Shown piece after piece: positions 1 to 9,360 of a DNA stretch of 64,000 nucleotides. The stretch lies in sequence record LR746311, one strand, 5' to 3'. The DNA is from Shigella phage vB_SsoM_113. Both the position numbers and the translations under genes were made by a program. The notes under the pieces were generated by a model that worked only from the letters and a program-made list of their open reading frames with translations, was not told the origin of the DNA and searched no databases. Positions within the stretch are counted from its first letter, which is position 1. Each line of letters starts with the position of its first letter.

Positions 1-111
1 GATTGCGGGCATGAATATGAAAAAATTAAAAAGATTTCTGAACGAGAAAATGATGTTTGCCCAAATGTCATCGTCTGTCTACTCGTCGGCCTTCTGCTCC
101 TAAGCATGTGA
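1..111 (+). CDS. 3' end of an upstream ORF (partial, starts outside window)
   Basis: Frame 1 is open from the window edge to TGA at 109-111; hydrophobic C-terminal tail. Confidence 0.25.
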   Translation, partial: DCGHEYEKIKKISERENDVCPNVIVCLLVGLLLLSM

Positions 112-139
112 ATGGTGGATTTTACGACTTACTTAAAGG

Positions 140-517
140 GTGATTATGTTTAAAATCGGTAAGAAATATCGCATTCGCGAAGGTGAAGAAAAGAAATATC
201 TATTTTCTGCTATTTATAGGAATGGTTCTATTAGTAATGTAATATCTACAAGCGAATTTATCGTTGAAGATATGAAAGGTAATAATGTTACAATGATTAG
301 TACAGCATCTGGAAATGACGGAAAAATTCTTCACAGTTTTCAGAGTAATGTTCTAATATATGATGAAGAATTTGACCTATTCGAAGAAGTCCCCGAAGGT
401 TTTGATTTTGAATGCACTATTACTATGAAATCCGGCGATCCTCTTTCTTTTACAGTTAAAGATGAAAGAAGTCGCTTGAGAATTATTAGTCTTCTTCAAG
501 CCATTAAATTTGAGTGA
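140..517 (+). CDS. hypothetical protein (gene 39.2 position)
   Basis: 125-aa ORF upstream of gene 39, co-directional; start may be 146. Confidence 0.45.
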   Translation: MIMFKIGKKYRIREGEEKKYLFSAIYRNGSISNVISTSEFIVEDMKGNNVTMISTASGNDGKILHSFQSNVLIYDEEFDLFEEVPEGFDFECTITMKSGDPLSFTVKDERSRLRIISLLQAIKFE

Positions 518-521
518 AATT

Positions 522-782
522 ATGAAATATATTAATCGTTCTATCGCAGCATTAGTATTAGCAGTGTCTTTAGCAGGATGTACTGATGCTGATAATGCAA
601 CCAAAGTTTTGTCTTCAAGCGGTTTTACTAATATTGAAATCACTGGATACAATTGGTTCGGTTGCTCTGAAAATGATTTCCAACATACTGGATTTCGTGC
701 TATTGGACCTACTGGGCAGAAAGTAGAAGGAACCGTATGTTCTGGTCTATTCTTCAAGGATTCGACTATCCGTTTTAAATAA
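522..782 (+). CDS. putative lipoprotein
   Basis: N-terminus MKYINRSIAALVLAVSLAGC has signal peptide plus lipobox (LAGC); ATG at 522 inside the track ORF 510..782. Confidence 0.5.
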   Translation: MKYINRSIAALVLAVSLAGCTDADNATKVLSSSGFTNIEITGYNWFGCSENDFQHTGFRAIGPTGQKVEGTVCSGLFFKDSTIRFK

Positions 783-801
783 AAGGCCTTCGGGCCTTTA
801 G
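783..801 (+). terminator. intergenic stem-loop (aaaggcc-ttcg-ggccttt)
   Basis: Perfect inverted repeat with UUCG-type loop right after the stop codon; weak U-run. Confidence 0.4.
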
Positions 802-851
802 CTTTATGATTACCGGAGTATAATATTCCCGAAACCAAACGAGGATAAGTG

Positions 852-2669
852 ATGATTAAGAATGAAATTAAAATTCTGAGCGATATTGAACATATCAAAA
901 AGCGTAGCGGCATGTATATTGGCTCTTCTGCTAATGAAATGCATGAGCGCTTTCTGTTTGGTAAATGGGAAAGTGTTCAGTATGTACCTGGTCTTGTTAA
1001 GCTTATTGATGAAATTATCGATAACTCAGTAGATGAAGGTATTCGTACTAAGTTTAAATTCGCGAATAAAATTAATGTTACTATCAAAAACAGCCAAGTA
1101 ACAGTTGAAGATAACGGTCGTGGTATTCCACAGGCAATGGTTAAAACACCTACCGGTGAAGAAATTCCTGGTCCTGTTGCTGCCTGGACTATTCCAAAAG
1201 CAGGTGGTAACTTTGGTGATGATAAAGAACGCGTCACTGGCGGTATGAACGGCGTTGGTTCTAGTTTAACTAACATTTTTTCTGTTATGTTTGTCGGTGA
1301 AACTGGCGACGGTCAAAATAATATTGTAGTTCGTTGTTCAAATGGCATGGAAAATAAATCATGGGAAGATATTCCTGGAAAATGGAAAGGAACTCGTGTT
1401 ACTTTCATTCCCGATTTTATGTCATTTGAAACTAATGAGCTATCTCAAGTTTATCTTGACATTACACTGGATCGTCTCCAGACACTTGCAGTAGTTTATC
1501 CTGATATTCAATTTACCTTTAATGGTAAAAAGGTTCAAGGTAATTTTAAGAAATATGCACGCCAATATGATGAGCATGCTATTGTTCAAGAACAAGAAAA
1601 TTGTTCTATTGCTGTTGGTCGTTCACCTGATGGTTTTCGTCAATTAACATACGTCAATAACATTCATACTAAGAATGGTGGCCATCATATTGACTGCGTT
1701 ATGGATGATATTTGTGAAGACCTTATTCCACAAATCAAACGTAAGTTCAAAATTGATGTAACTAAAGCACGTGTTAAAGAATGTTTGACTATCGTCATGT
1801 TTGTTCGTGATATGAAAAACATGCGATTTGATTCTCAAACTAAAGAGCGTTTGACTTCTCCATTTGGTGAAATTCGCAGTCATATTCAGCTTGATGCTAA
1901 AAAGATTTCACGTGCTATTTTAAATAATGAAGCAATTTTAATGCCAATTATTGAAGCTGCTTTGGCTCGTAAATTGGCGGCAGAAAAGGCAGCAGAAACT
2001 AAAGCAGCTAAAAAGGCTTCTAAAGCTAAGGTTCATAAACATATTAAAGCGAATCTTTGTGGTAAAGATGCTGATACTACTCTTTTCTTGACTGAGGGCG
2101 ATTCTGCTATCGGATATCTTATTGATGTTCGTGATAAAGAACTTCATGGTGGTTATCCATTGCGTGGTAAAGTTCTCAACAGTTGGGGTATGTCATATGC
2201 TGATATGCTTAAAAACAAAGAACTGTTTGATATTTGCGCAATCACTGGATTAGTTCTTGGTGAAAAGGCTGAAAACTTGAATTATCATAATATTGCTATT
2301 ATGACCGATGCTGATCACGATGGTCTAGGAAGCATTTATCCTTCTCTGCTCGGATTTTTTAGTAATTGGCCAGAACTGTTTGAACAAGGAAGAATTCGCT
2401 TCGTCAAAACTCCCGTAATCATCGCTCAGGTCGGTAAAAAACAAGAATGGTTTTATACAGTCGCTGAATATGAGAGTGCCAAAGATGCTCTACCTAAACA
2501 TAGCATCCGTTATATTAAGGGACTTGGCTCTTTGGAAAAATCTGAATATCGTGAGATGATTCAAAATCCGGTATATGATGTTGTTAAACTTCCTGAGAAC
2601 TGGAAAGAGCTTTTTGAAATGCTCATGGGGGATAATGCTGACCTTCGTAAAGAATGGATGAGCCAGTAG
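852..2669 (+). CDS. 39: DNA topoisomerase II large subunit (GyrB-like), contiguous 39+60 form
   Basis: 605 aa from ATG 852 (GAGGA RBS at 841-845; track starts at an in-frame GTG at 849); GHKL ATPase N-terminus MIKNEIKILSDIEHIKKRSGMYIGS; length matches the uninterrupted T2/T6-type gp39. Confidence 0.9.
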   Translation: MIKNEIKILSDIEHIKKRSGMYIGSSANEMHERFLFGKWESVQYVPGLVKLIDEIIDNSVDEGIRTKFKFANKINVTIKNSQVTVEDNGRGIPQAMVKTPTGEEIPGPVAAWTIPKAGGNFGDDKERVTGGMNGVGSSLTNIFSVMFVGETGDGQNNIVVRCSNGMENKSWEDIPGKWKGTRVTFIPDFMSFETNELSQVYLDITLDRLQTLAVVYPDIQFTFNGKKVQGNFKKYARQYDEHAIVQEQENCSIAVGRSPDGFRQLTYVNNIHTKNGGHHIDCVMDDICEDLIPQIKRKFKIDVTKARVKECLTIVMFVRDMKNMRFDSQTKERLTSPFGEIRSHIQLDAKKISRAILNNEAILMPIIEAALARKLAAEKAAETKAAKKASKAKVHKHIKANLCGKDADTTLFLTEGDSAIGYLIDVRDKELHGGYPLRGKVLNSWGMSYADMLKNKELFDICAITGLVLGEKAENLNYHNIAIMTDADHDGLGSIYPSLLGFFSNWPELFEQGRIRFVKTPVIIAQVGKKQEWFYTVAEYESAKDALPKHSIRYIKGLGSLEKSEYREMIQNPVYDVVKLPENWKELFEMLMGDNADLRKEWMSQ

Positions 2670-2698
2670 TTTACTTTACCACAAGGATGTGGTATAAT
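2669..2698 (+). promoter_or_regulatory. T4-type early promoter (GTTTAC -35, TATAAT -10)
   Basis: gtttac at 2669-2674, 18-bp spacer, tataat at 2693-2698, upstream of rIIA.1. Confidence 0.5.
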
Positions 2699-2723
2699 TA
2701 ATTGGGCAAATGAGGATATTGAA

Positions 2724-2927
2724 ATGAAATCATATAGAGTAAATTTAGAACTTTTTGATAAAGCAGTTCATCGAGAATATAGAATCATTCAACGCTTTTT
2801 CGATATGGGAGAAGCCGAAGAGTTTAAAAACCGCTTTAAGGATATTAGAGATAAAATTCAATCCGACACTGCAACTAAAGATGAACTACTAGAAGTTGCT
2901 GAAGTTATTAAACGTAATATGAATTAA
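2724..2927 (+). CDS. rIIA.1-like small protein
   Basis: 67-aa ORF immediately upstream of rIIA, same position and size as T4 rIIA.1. Confidence 0.5.
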   Translation: MKSYRVNLELFDKAVHREYRIIQRFFDMGEAEEFKNRFKDIRDKIQSDTATKDELLEVAEVIKRNMN

Positions 2928-2937
2928 TGAGGAAATT

Positions 2938-5115
2938 ATGATTATCACCACTGAAAAAGAAACAATTCTTGGTAATGGTTCTAAATCAAAAGCATTTAGC
3001 ATCACAGCATCTCCTAAAGTATTTAAAATTCTGTCATCTGATTTGTATACAAACAAGATTCGCGCAGTAGTCCGTGAATTGATTACCAACATGATTGATG
3101 CCCATGCTCTCAATGGAAATCCTGAAAAATTTATCATTCAAGTTCCAGGACGATTAGATCCGCGATTTGTTTGTCGAGATTTTGGTCCGGGTATGAGCGA
3201 TTTTGATATTCAAGGTGATGATAATTCTCCTGGGTTGTATAATTCATACTTTAGTTCATCTAAGGCTGAATCTAACGATTTCATTGGCGGATTTGGTTTA
3301 GGTTCTAAATCTCCGTTTAGTTATACTGATACATTTAGTATTACTTCATATCATAAAGGCGAAATTCGTGGTTATGTAGCTTACATGGATGGTGATGGTC
3401 CGCAGATTAAACCTACATTCGTAAAAGAAATGGGTCCAGATGATAAAACTGGTATTGAAATCGTAGTTCCAGTTGAAGAAAAAGACTTTAGAAACTTTGC
3501 TTATGAAGTTTCTTATATCATGCGACCATTCAAAGATTTAGCTATCATTAATGGTCTTGACCGCGAAATTGATTATTTTCCAGATTTTGATGACTATTAC
3601 GGCGTAAATCCAGAAAGATACTGGCCAGATCGTGGTGGATTGTATGCTATCTATGGTGGTATTGTTTATCCTATCGATGGTGTTATTAGAGACCGTAACT
3701 GGTTAAGCATCCGCAATGAAGTGAATTACATTAAGTTTCCAATGGGTTCACTTGATATTGCTCCATCACGCGAAGCTCTTTCATTGGATGATCGTACTCG
3801 TAAAAATATTATTGAGCGTGTTAAAGAGCTTAGTGAGAAGGCATTCAATGAAGATGTAAAACGATTTAAAGAATCTACATCTCCTCGTCATACATACCGT
3901 GAATTGATGAAGATGGGATATTCTGCTCGAGATTATATGATTAGTAATTCAGTCAAATTTACGACTAAAAATCTGTCATATAAGAAGATGCAAAGCATGT
4001 TTGAACCCGACAGTAAGTTATGCAATGCAGGAGTTGTGTATGAAGTAAATCTTGACCCTCGACTGAAACGCATTAAGCAAAGTCATGAAACTTCGGCCGT
4101 TGCATCAAGTTATCGTCTATTTGGTATTAATACAACAAAAATTAATATTGTTATTGATAATATTAAAAATCGTGTTAATATTGTCCGTGGATTAGCACAT
4201 GCATTAGATGATAGTGAATTTAATAACACTTTGAATATTCATCACAATGAGCGTCTTCTGTTTATTAATCCGGAAGTAGAATCGCAGATTGATTTACTCC
4301 CTGATATTATGGCAATGTTTGAAAGTGATGAAGTTAACATTCATTATTTGTCAGAAATTGAAGCTTTAGTTAAAAGTTATATTCCGAAGGTAGTTAAAAG
4401 TAAAGCTCCTCGTCCTAAAGCTGCTACTGCATTTAAGTTTGAAATTAAAGACGGACGCTGGGAAAAAGAGGAACTGTTTACACTCACATCAGAAGCAGAT
4501 GAAATTACTGGTTATGTAGCATATATGCATCGTTCTGATATTTTCTCTATGGATGGTACTACATCGCTTTGTCATCCATCTACGAGTATTTTGACTCGTA
4601 TGGCTAATCTTATTGGCATTAATGAATTTTATGTTATTCGTCCGCTTTTGCAGAAAAAGGTAAAAGAACTTGGTCAGTGCCAATGTATTTTTGAAACTCT
4701 GCGTGATTTATATGTAGATGCTTTTGATGATGTAGATTATGATAAGTATGTAGGTTATTCAAGTTCAGCTCAGCGATATATTGATAAAATTATTAAGTAT
4801 CCTGAACTCGATTTTATGATGAAATATTTTAGTACAGATGAAGTTTCCGAAGAATATACACGACTCGGTAATATGGTTAGTTCATTGCGGGGGATATATT
4901 TCAACGGTGGAAAAGATACCATCGGTCATGACATCTGGACAGTAACTAATCTTTTTGATGTATTATCAAATAATGCTTCAAAAAACAGTGATAAAATGGT
5001 TGCTGAGTTTACCAAGAAATTCCGTATTGTTTCCGACTTCATCGGTTATCGCAACTCTTTAAGTGATGATGAAGTTTCCCAAATCGCTAAAACTATGAAG
5101 GCCCTTGCGGCCTAA
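2938..5115 (+). CDS. rIIA: rIIA protein
   Basis: 725 aa (same as T4 rIIA), GHKL-like N-terminal region, followed by rIIB. Confidence 0.9.
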   Translation: MIITTEKETILGNGSKSKAFSITASPKVFKILSSDLYTNKIRAVVRELITNMIDAHALNGNPEKFIIQVPGRLDPRFVCRDFGPGMSDFDIQGDDNSPGLYNSYFSSSKAESNDFIGGFGLGSKSPFSYTDTFSITSYHKGEIRGYVAYMDGDGPQIKPTFVKEMGPDDKTGIEIVVPVEEKDFRNFAYEVSYIMRPFKDLAIINGLDREIDYFPDFDDYYGVNPERYWPDRGGLYAIYGGIVYPIDGVIRDRNWLSIRNEVNYIKFPMGSLDIAPSREALSLDDRTRKNIIERVKELSEKAFNEDVKRFKESTSPRHTYRELMKMGYSARDYMISNSVKFTTKNLSYKKMQSMFEPDSKLCNAGVVYEVNLDPRLKRIKQSHETSAVASSYRLFGINTTKINIVIDNIKNRVNIVRGLAHALDDSEFNNTLNIHHNERLLFINPEVESQIDLLPDIMAMFESDEVNIHYLSEIEALVKSYIPKVVKSKAPRPKAATAFKFEIKDGRWEKEELFTLTSEADEITGYVAYMHRSDIFSMDGTTSLCHPSTSILTRMANLIGINEFYVIRPLLQKKVKELGQCQCIFETLRDLYVDAFDDVDYDKYVGYSSSAQRYIDKIIKYPELDFMMKYFSTDEVSEEYTRLGNMVSSLRGIYFNGGKDTIGHDIWTVTNLFDVLSNNASKNSDKMVAEFTKKFRIVSDFIGYRNSLSDDEVSQIAKTMKALAA

Positions 5116-5126
5116 TAAGGAAAATT

Positions 5127-6065
5127 ATGTACAATATTAAATGCCTGACCAAAAACGAACAAGCTGAAATCGTCAAACTGTATTCAAGCGGTAATTATAC
5201 CCAGCAGGAATTGGCTGATTGGCAAGGTGTATCGGTTGACACAATCCGTCGTGTTTTGAAAAATGCTGAAGAAGCTGAGCGCTCCAAAGTTATTATTAGC
5301 GGTGATATTACAGTTAAAGTTAATAGCGATGCAGTTATTGCTCCAGTTGCTAAATCTGACATTATTTGGAATGCATCTAAAAAATTCATTTCAATTACTG
5401 TTGACGGTGTAACTTATAACGCAACTCCTAATACTCATTCAAACTTCCAGGAAATTCTTAATCTGCTTGTTGCAGATAAATTGGAAGAAGCGGCGCAAAA
5501 AATTAACGTTCGTCGCGCTGTTGAAAAATATATTTCCGGTGATGTTCGAATTGAAGGTGGAAGCTTGTTCTATCAAAATATTGAATTGCGATCTGGTCTG
5601 GTTGATCGTATTCTCTATTCGATGGAAAAAGGCGAAAACTTTGAATTTTATTTTCCGTTCTTGGAAAATCTGTTGGAAAACCCGAGCCAAAAAGCGGTAT
5701 CTCGACTCTTTGATTTCTTGGTAGCAAACGATATTGAAATTACAGAAGATGGCTACTTCTATGCTTGGAAAGTAGTTCGCAGCAATTACTTTGACTGTCA
5801 TTCAAATACTTTTGATAACAGTCCTGGTAAAGTAGTTAAAATGCCACGTACTCGTGTGAATGACGATGATACACAAACTTGTTCTCGTGGTCTGCATGTG
5901 TGTTCTAAATCTTATATTCGTCACTTTGGTAGTTCAACCAGTCGAGTTGTAAAAGTTAAAGTGCATCCGCGTGATGTAGTATCAATTCCGATTGATTACA
6001 ACGATGCTAAAATGCGTACCTGCCAATACGAAGTAGTTGAAGACGTTACTGAACAATTTAAATAA
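5127..6065 (+). CDS. rIIB: rIIB protein
   Basis: 312 aa (same as T4 rIIB), directly downstream of rIIA. Confidence 0.9.
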   Translation: MYNIKCLTKNEQAEIVKLYSSGNYTQQELADWQGVSVDTIRRVLKNAEEAERSKVIISGDITVKVNSDAVIAPVAKSDIIWNASKKFISITVDGVTYNATPNTHSNFQEILNLLVADKLEEAAQKINVRRAVEKYISGDVRIEGGSLFYQNIELRSGLVDRILYSMEKGENFEFYFPFLENLLENPSQKAVSRLFDFLVANDIEITEDGYFYAWKVVRSNYFDCHSNTFDNSPGKVVKMPRTRVNDDDTQTCSRGLHVCSKSYIRHFGSSTSRVVKVKVHPRDVVSIPIDYNDAKMRTCQYEVVEDVTEQFK

Positions 6066-6093
6066 GGGCTTCGGCCCTTAACTAAGGAAAATT

Positions 6094-6288
6094 ATGTTAG
6101 GTTATCAAGCACGAGTAAAAGAAGAATACGATCAATTAATGCTCAAAATTAATGCACTGAGCAAATTTTTAGAAAGTACAAAGTTTCTAACGATTAATGA
6201 AGTTGAGCAAGAATTACTGCTTTCACAGTTCATCTCAATGAAATCTTACGCAGATTGTTTAGAAAAAAGAATTGCACAATTCAAATAA
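6094..6288 (+). CDS. hypothetical protein (denB.1 position)
   Basis: 64-aa ORF flanked by GGGC-TTCG-GCCC hairpins at 6066-6077 and 6294-6306. Confidence 0.45.
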   Translation: MLGYQARVKEEYDQLMLKINALSKFLESTKFLTINEVEQELLLSQFISMKSYADCLEKRIAQFK

Positions 6289-6293
6289 AATAA

Positions 6294-6315
6294 GGGGCTT
6301 CGGCCCTTTTGTTTT
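6294..6315 (+). terminator. rho-independent terminator-like hairpin
   Basis: ggggcttcggccc followed by ttttgtttt. Confidence 0.5.
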
Positions 6316-6326
6316 AAGGAAAAATT

Positions 6327-6656
6327 ATGATTTATTGTATGAATATCGGTGATTCCGACACAAAAGAGATTAAACTGCATGGAAATCATCATGCTAATAT
6401 TGTGTACTGTAATAAATTTGAGTTTGGCCATGAAAAACTTGGGTTTCTTTACTGCAATGATGTTATAGTCATGGATAAAAAGGAACTCGATGAACTCGAC
6501 CATAAGTCTTTAGATGAAAATGATCGAATTTATTATGGCACTCTTAAAGTATATAACGCTTATCTCAGCGGTAAAAAGGAAAGTCTAAATGCAGAAAACG
6601 AATCCGGGTTTACAGAGACTATTTCAGATTCCGACATTTACCCTATCGAACAGTGA
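6327..6656 (+). CDS. hypothetical protein
   Basis: 109-aa ORF with RBS; 3' end overlaps the putative denB start by 68 nt. Confidence 0.4.
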   Translation: MIYCMNIGDSDTKEIKLHGNHHANIVYCNKFEFGHEKLGFLYCNDVIVMDKKELDELDHKSLDENDRIYYGTLKVYNAYLSGKKESLNAENESGFTETISDSDIYPIEQ

Positions 6657-7146
6657 CTTGACTAGTGAAATGAAGGTCAAAATTGCTGATACAGCAAGAT
6701 ACTCTTTAAAACAAGACCCGAACCAGGATAAAGCAGAAGTTATCGAAAGATGCCGTATCGCGGTGTACGCAGAGTTTTTTGTAGCAGATTGGCTGAGCGG
6801 GTATGTTAACAAAGGCCAAGAGGATGTTAATGACCCGTATACATACGCATGGGATGTATTGGCGCATCCAAGATACTGTGGGCTTCGTGTAGAAGTTAAG
6901 ACACACCAAACTGACTCACGTTGGATTTCGGTAACAACAGGATGCAGCGGGGAGTATCCATACGGTTCTGGAATAAATCTAGGGCCCATTCTGAATCACC
7001 AAGTCGCTGATTGTATAATTATATTCAACACTAAAGAAATTCATCCAGGTGTCATCCAGTACACTCCGAAGTTCATCGGTGACAGAGAAGACCTTCGTAA
7101 GGTTGTAAGAAAAAGCAACTACAATGGATGGTATCTTTCCATTTAA
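6589..7146 (+). CDS. denB: endonuclease IV (denB-like)
   Basis: 185 aa, same length as T4 EndoIV, at the conserved position between rIIB and ndd; alternative start at 6670. Confidence 0.55.
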   Translation: MQKTNPGLQRLFQIPTFTLSNSDLTSEMKVKIADTARYSLKQDPNQDKAEVIERCRIAVYAEFFVADWLSGYVNKGQEDVNDPYTYAWDVLAHPRYCGLRVEVKTHQTDSRWISVTTGCSGEYPYGSGINLGPILNHQVADCIIIFNTKEIHPGVIQYTPKFIGDREDLRKVVRKSNYNGWYLSI

Positions 7147-7200
7147 AAATTTTCACAAAACGGTTTACATACCACAAGGACTGTGGTACTATACAACTAT
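7146..7200 (+). promoter_or_regulatory. early promoter cassette (PeS-like repeat, copy A)
   Basis: aaaattttcacaaaacggtttacataccacaaggactgtggtactatacaactatc; -35 gtttac 7163-7168; spacer hairpin ccacag/ctgtgg; near-identical copies at 11165 and 28551. Confidence 0.6.
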
Positions 7201-7226
7201 CAACTGATACGGATTTGGAGAATAAA

Positions 7227-7433
7227 ATGTTTACTACGGCTGAATTAAAACGAGCAAAAGCTAAGAAAGGGCAAGGAAAATATAAAGCTGAATTAGTTAA
7301 AGAACTTCAGTTTGCTGAGGCTGAATTGAATTCGATGATTATTCAAAATGTTCCAGAAACTGAAATTGCTCTTAAACGTATTGCGAATAAATGTCTTCGT
7401 GATACAATCGTCGATCTTTTAGCGGATTATTGA
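7227..7433 (+). CDS. hypothetical protein
   Basis: 68-aa ORF starting downstream of the promoter; track ORF 7128..7433 begins inside the promoter so the ATG at 7227 is preferred. Confidence 0.45.
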   Translation: MFTTAELKRAKAKKGQGKYKAELVKELQFAEAELNSMIIQNVPETEIALKRIANKCLRDTIVDLLADY

Positions 7434-7702
7434 GTAAAATGAAATTTAAATTTTATTACGCTAAACATAAAATAACTGATGAGTTTGTGTCAGTTGAATA
7501 TTCTAGCGATGATGAAGGTATGATTTATACTCGTTTGGGATTATCACACTGGGAGTCTGATACGCCTTATTTTTCAACTCCCGAAGAAATTATACGCTTA
7601 GTTAATGGTCATATGAATGACCACTGGGATGTAATTCTTTCAGATAGTCTTAAAGCGGCTATTAATAGTAATGAAATGAAAATCGCTGAGATTGAACTAT
7701 GA
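7430..7702 (+). CDS. hypothetical protein
   Basis: 90-aa ORF, ATGA overlap with the upstream ORF. Confidence 0.45.
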   Translation: MSKMKFKFYYAKHKITDEFVSVEYSSDDEGMIYTRLGLSHWESDTPYFSTPEEIIRLVNGHMNDHWDVILSDSLKAAINSNEMKIAEIEL

Positions 7703-7785
7703 GTTCATTATGGTGGTGTTTTGTTTGGTTAATTAGTATTCCATTGATTTGTTTAGTATTTACTTTTGTGATGAGGTTATTATGA
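7699..7785 (+). CDS. small hydrophobic peptide (28 aa)
   Basis: MSSLWWCFVWLISIPLICLVFTFVMRLL; ATGA overlap with the upstream stop. Confidence 0.3.
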   Translation: MSSLWWCFVWLISIPLICLVFTFVMRLL

Positions 7786-7880
7786 AAATTTTGAATTCTG
7801 TACTTATTGCTTGTGCGTGGTGGATTGCGCAAGTTTCAGCGGTAGTGATTGGTATTCACATTTATTACGAATATTTTTAA
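7782..7880 (+). CDS. small hydrophobic peptide (32 aa)
   Basis: MKILNSVLIACAWWIAQVSAVVIGIHIYYEYF; start overlaps the previous stop. Confidence 0.3.
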   Translation: MKILNSVLIACAWWIAQVSAVVIGIHIYYEYF

Positions 7881-7887
7881 AAAAGTT

Positions 7888-7917
7888 GTTTACAAGACTG
7901 TTCCTCTGTGGTACTAT
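7888..7917 (+). promoter_or_regulatory. early promoter (PeS-like, copy D)
   Basis: gtttac 7888-7893 ... ctgtggtactatacaactatcaact, sharing its 3' half with copy A. Confidence 0.55.
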
Positions 7918-7945
7918 ACAACTATCAACTACGGAGGAACAGAAA

Positions 7946-8059
7946 ATGAAAAAGATTGTTAAAGCTATATGGAATGTAGTTATAATACTAGTAGTTTTGA
8001 GTATATTCCCAATCGTTTTAATGATTGATGTATTAAACGCTTACTTTGGATTTATGTGA
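7946..8059 (+). CDS. small membrane peptide (37 aa)
   Basis: GGAGGA RBS then MKKIVKAIWNVVIILVVLSIFPIVLMIDVLNAYFGFM. Confidence 0.35.
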   Translation: MKKIVKAIWNVVIILVVLSIFPIVLMIDVLNAYFGFM

Positions 8060-8066
8060 GGAAAAT

Positions 8067-8264
8067 ATGAAGCGTAAACGCAGTGCTTTTATATTTGTTG
8101 AATGGTTTTTTGATAATATTTTTCCGGCTTTATTCATTTTCATGCTGATTTTCGCCTTAGGTTCAGTTGTAGTTGGAATTTATTTGATGGCAGTTGTCGG
8201 AATGGATATTCACCAAAATGGCTTAAAATCTGTTGTTGAAACAATTTGGAATGGTGTAAAATGA
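8067..8264 (+). CDS. small membrane protein (65 aa)
   Basis: GAGGA RBS, two predicted TM segments. Confidence 0.4.
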   Translation: MKRKRSAFIFVEWFFDNIFPALFIFMLIFALGSVVVGIYLMAVVGMDIHQNGLKSVVETIWNGVK

Positions 8265-8371
8265 TGAATTTATTGAGTGGTTGGTTTTATATTCTCATGT
8301 TTTACGTCGGTGCAAATTTTCCGTATTGGATGGGATGGTCAACAACTGCATTTGGATTTTATACTCCCTGA
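8261..8371 (+). CDS. small hydrophobic peptide (36 aa)
   Basis: ATGA overlap; MMNLLSGWFYILMFYVGANFPYWMGWSTTAFGFYTP. Confidence 0.3.
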   Translation: MMNLLSGWFYILMFYVGANFPYWMGWSTTAFGFYTP

Positions 8372-8379
8372 GGTGAATT

Positions 8380-8595
8380 ATGAAAATTTTTAAAGATGTA
8401 AAAGTTGGCGAAATTTTTTGCTTAGATAGTGGTGATCAGTTAATTCGTATTTCACCTCTTAAGAGCACTAGCGAGAAAATGACAGTTAATGCTACTTTAG
8501 CAAACAACAGTAATGAACGTTTCTGTATTGAAAATGATACTGAAACTTATACCGTAGAAGAGTTCTGGGAATTGAGCGTCGACTGCGACGATTAA
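8380..8595 (+). CDS. hypothetical protein (ndd.1 position)
   Basis: 71-aa ORF with RBS upstream of ndd. Confidence 0.45.
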   Translation: MKIFKDVKVGEIFCLDSGDQLIRISPLKSTSEKMTVNATLANNSNERFCIENDTETYTVEEFWELSVDCDD

Positions 8596-8654
8596 TTTAT
8601 CGGCCGTGTGTATTCATGCGGCCTTGGAGTAGAAAATAATTAGAGGAAATTAAT

Positions 8655-9107
8655 ATGAAATACATGACTGTTACTGATCTGAATAATGCAGGTGCTACTG
8701 TTATTGGTACAATCAAGGGCGGTGAATGGTTTTTGGGAACTCCGCACAAAGATATTTTATCTAAACCTGGATTTTACTTTTTAATAAGTGAATTCGATGG
8801 TTCATATGGTTCATGCGTATCTGCACGATTTTATGTAGGTAATCAGCGTTCTAAGCAAGGGTTTAGTGCAGTTCTAAGTCATATTCGTCAACGTCGGTCT
8901 CAGCTCGCGCGCACTATTGCAAATAATAATGTTCCATACGCAGTATTTTATTTGCCTGCTTCTAAGATGAAACCTTTGACGACAGGATTTGGAAAAGGTC
9001 AGTTAGCTTTAGCGTTTACTCGTAATCATCATTCTGAGTATCAAACACTTGAAGAAATGAACCGTATGTTGGCTGATAACTTTAAATTTGTTTTGCAGGT
9101 ATACTAA
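8655..9107 (+). CDS. ndd: nucleoid disruption protein Ndd
   Basis: 150 aa, sequence matches recalled T4 Ndd, conserved position upstream of stp. Confidence 0.7.
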
Positions 9108-9187
9108 TGAGTAATTTCCATAACGAACATGTGATGCAGTTCTATCGTAACAATCTTAAAACTAAAGGCGTCTTCGGACGCCAGTGA
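9107..9187 (+). CDS. stp: Stp peptide (activator of the host PrrC anticodon nuclease / anti-restriction peptide)
   Basis: Translation [26 protein letters not shown] is the 26-aa T4 Stp; start overlaps the ndd stop (TAATG); not in the ORF track because under 60 aa. Confidence 0.9.
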
Positions 9188-9194
9188 GGAAAAT

Positions 9195-9350
9195 ATGAAA
9201 TTTGTTCACGGTATAACCTTTTTCTGTTGGTTCTTTTTATGCATCGGAACAGTAATAACTGGAGAAACTTCAGTATTTTTGCAAGCATCAGCTCAGGGCG
9301 TATTAGCGATTTTATCATTATTCGCGTACATTGGTTCTAAAAATAGTTGA
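9195..9350 (+). CDS. ac: small membrane protein (ac-like, acridine sensitivity)
   Basis: 51-aa hydrophobic ORF directly after stp, position and size of T4 ac. Confidence 0.55.
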   Translation: MKFVHGITFFCWFFLCIGTVITGETSVFLQASAQGVLAILSLFAYIGSKNS

Positions 9351-9360
9351 GGAGAATATT

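Noticed and set aside
849-851. GTG start for gene 39 as given by the ORF track
   Set aside because: The ATG at 852 has better RBS spacing and gives the expected 605-aa product; the GTG is just an in-frame upstream codon.
377-2147. Antisense ORFs on the - strand overlapping gene 39 and upstream ORFs (377..913, 977..1276, 1644..1883, 1938..2147)
   Set aside because: They lie entirely within or opposite confidently identified genes, have no RBS, and low-complexity composition; treated as spurious.
852-2669. Gene 60-type translational bypass or mobA insertion in the topoisomerase gene
   Set aside because: Looked for a split ORF or coding gap; gene 39 is a single uninterrupted frame, so no bypass element is present.
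6066-6077. GGGC-TTCG-GCCC hairpin after rIIB as a terminator
   Set aside because: Stable hairpin but no following U-run; more likely an RNA stability or processing element than an intrinsic terminator. The same applies to the similar hairpins at 45631-45644 and 62468-62479.
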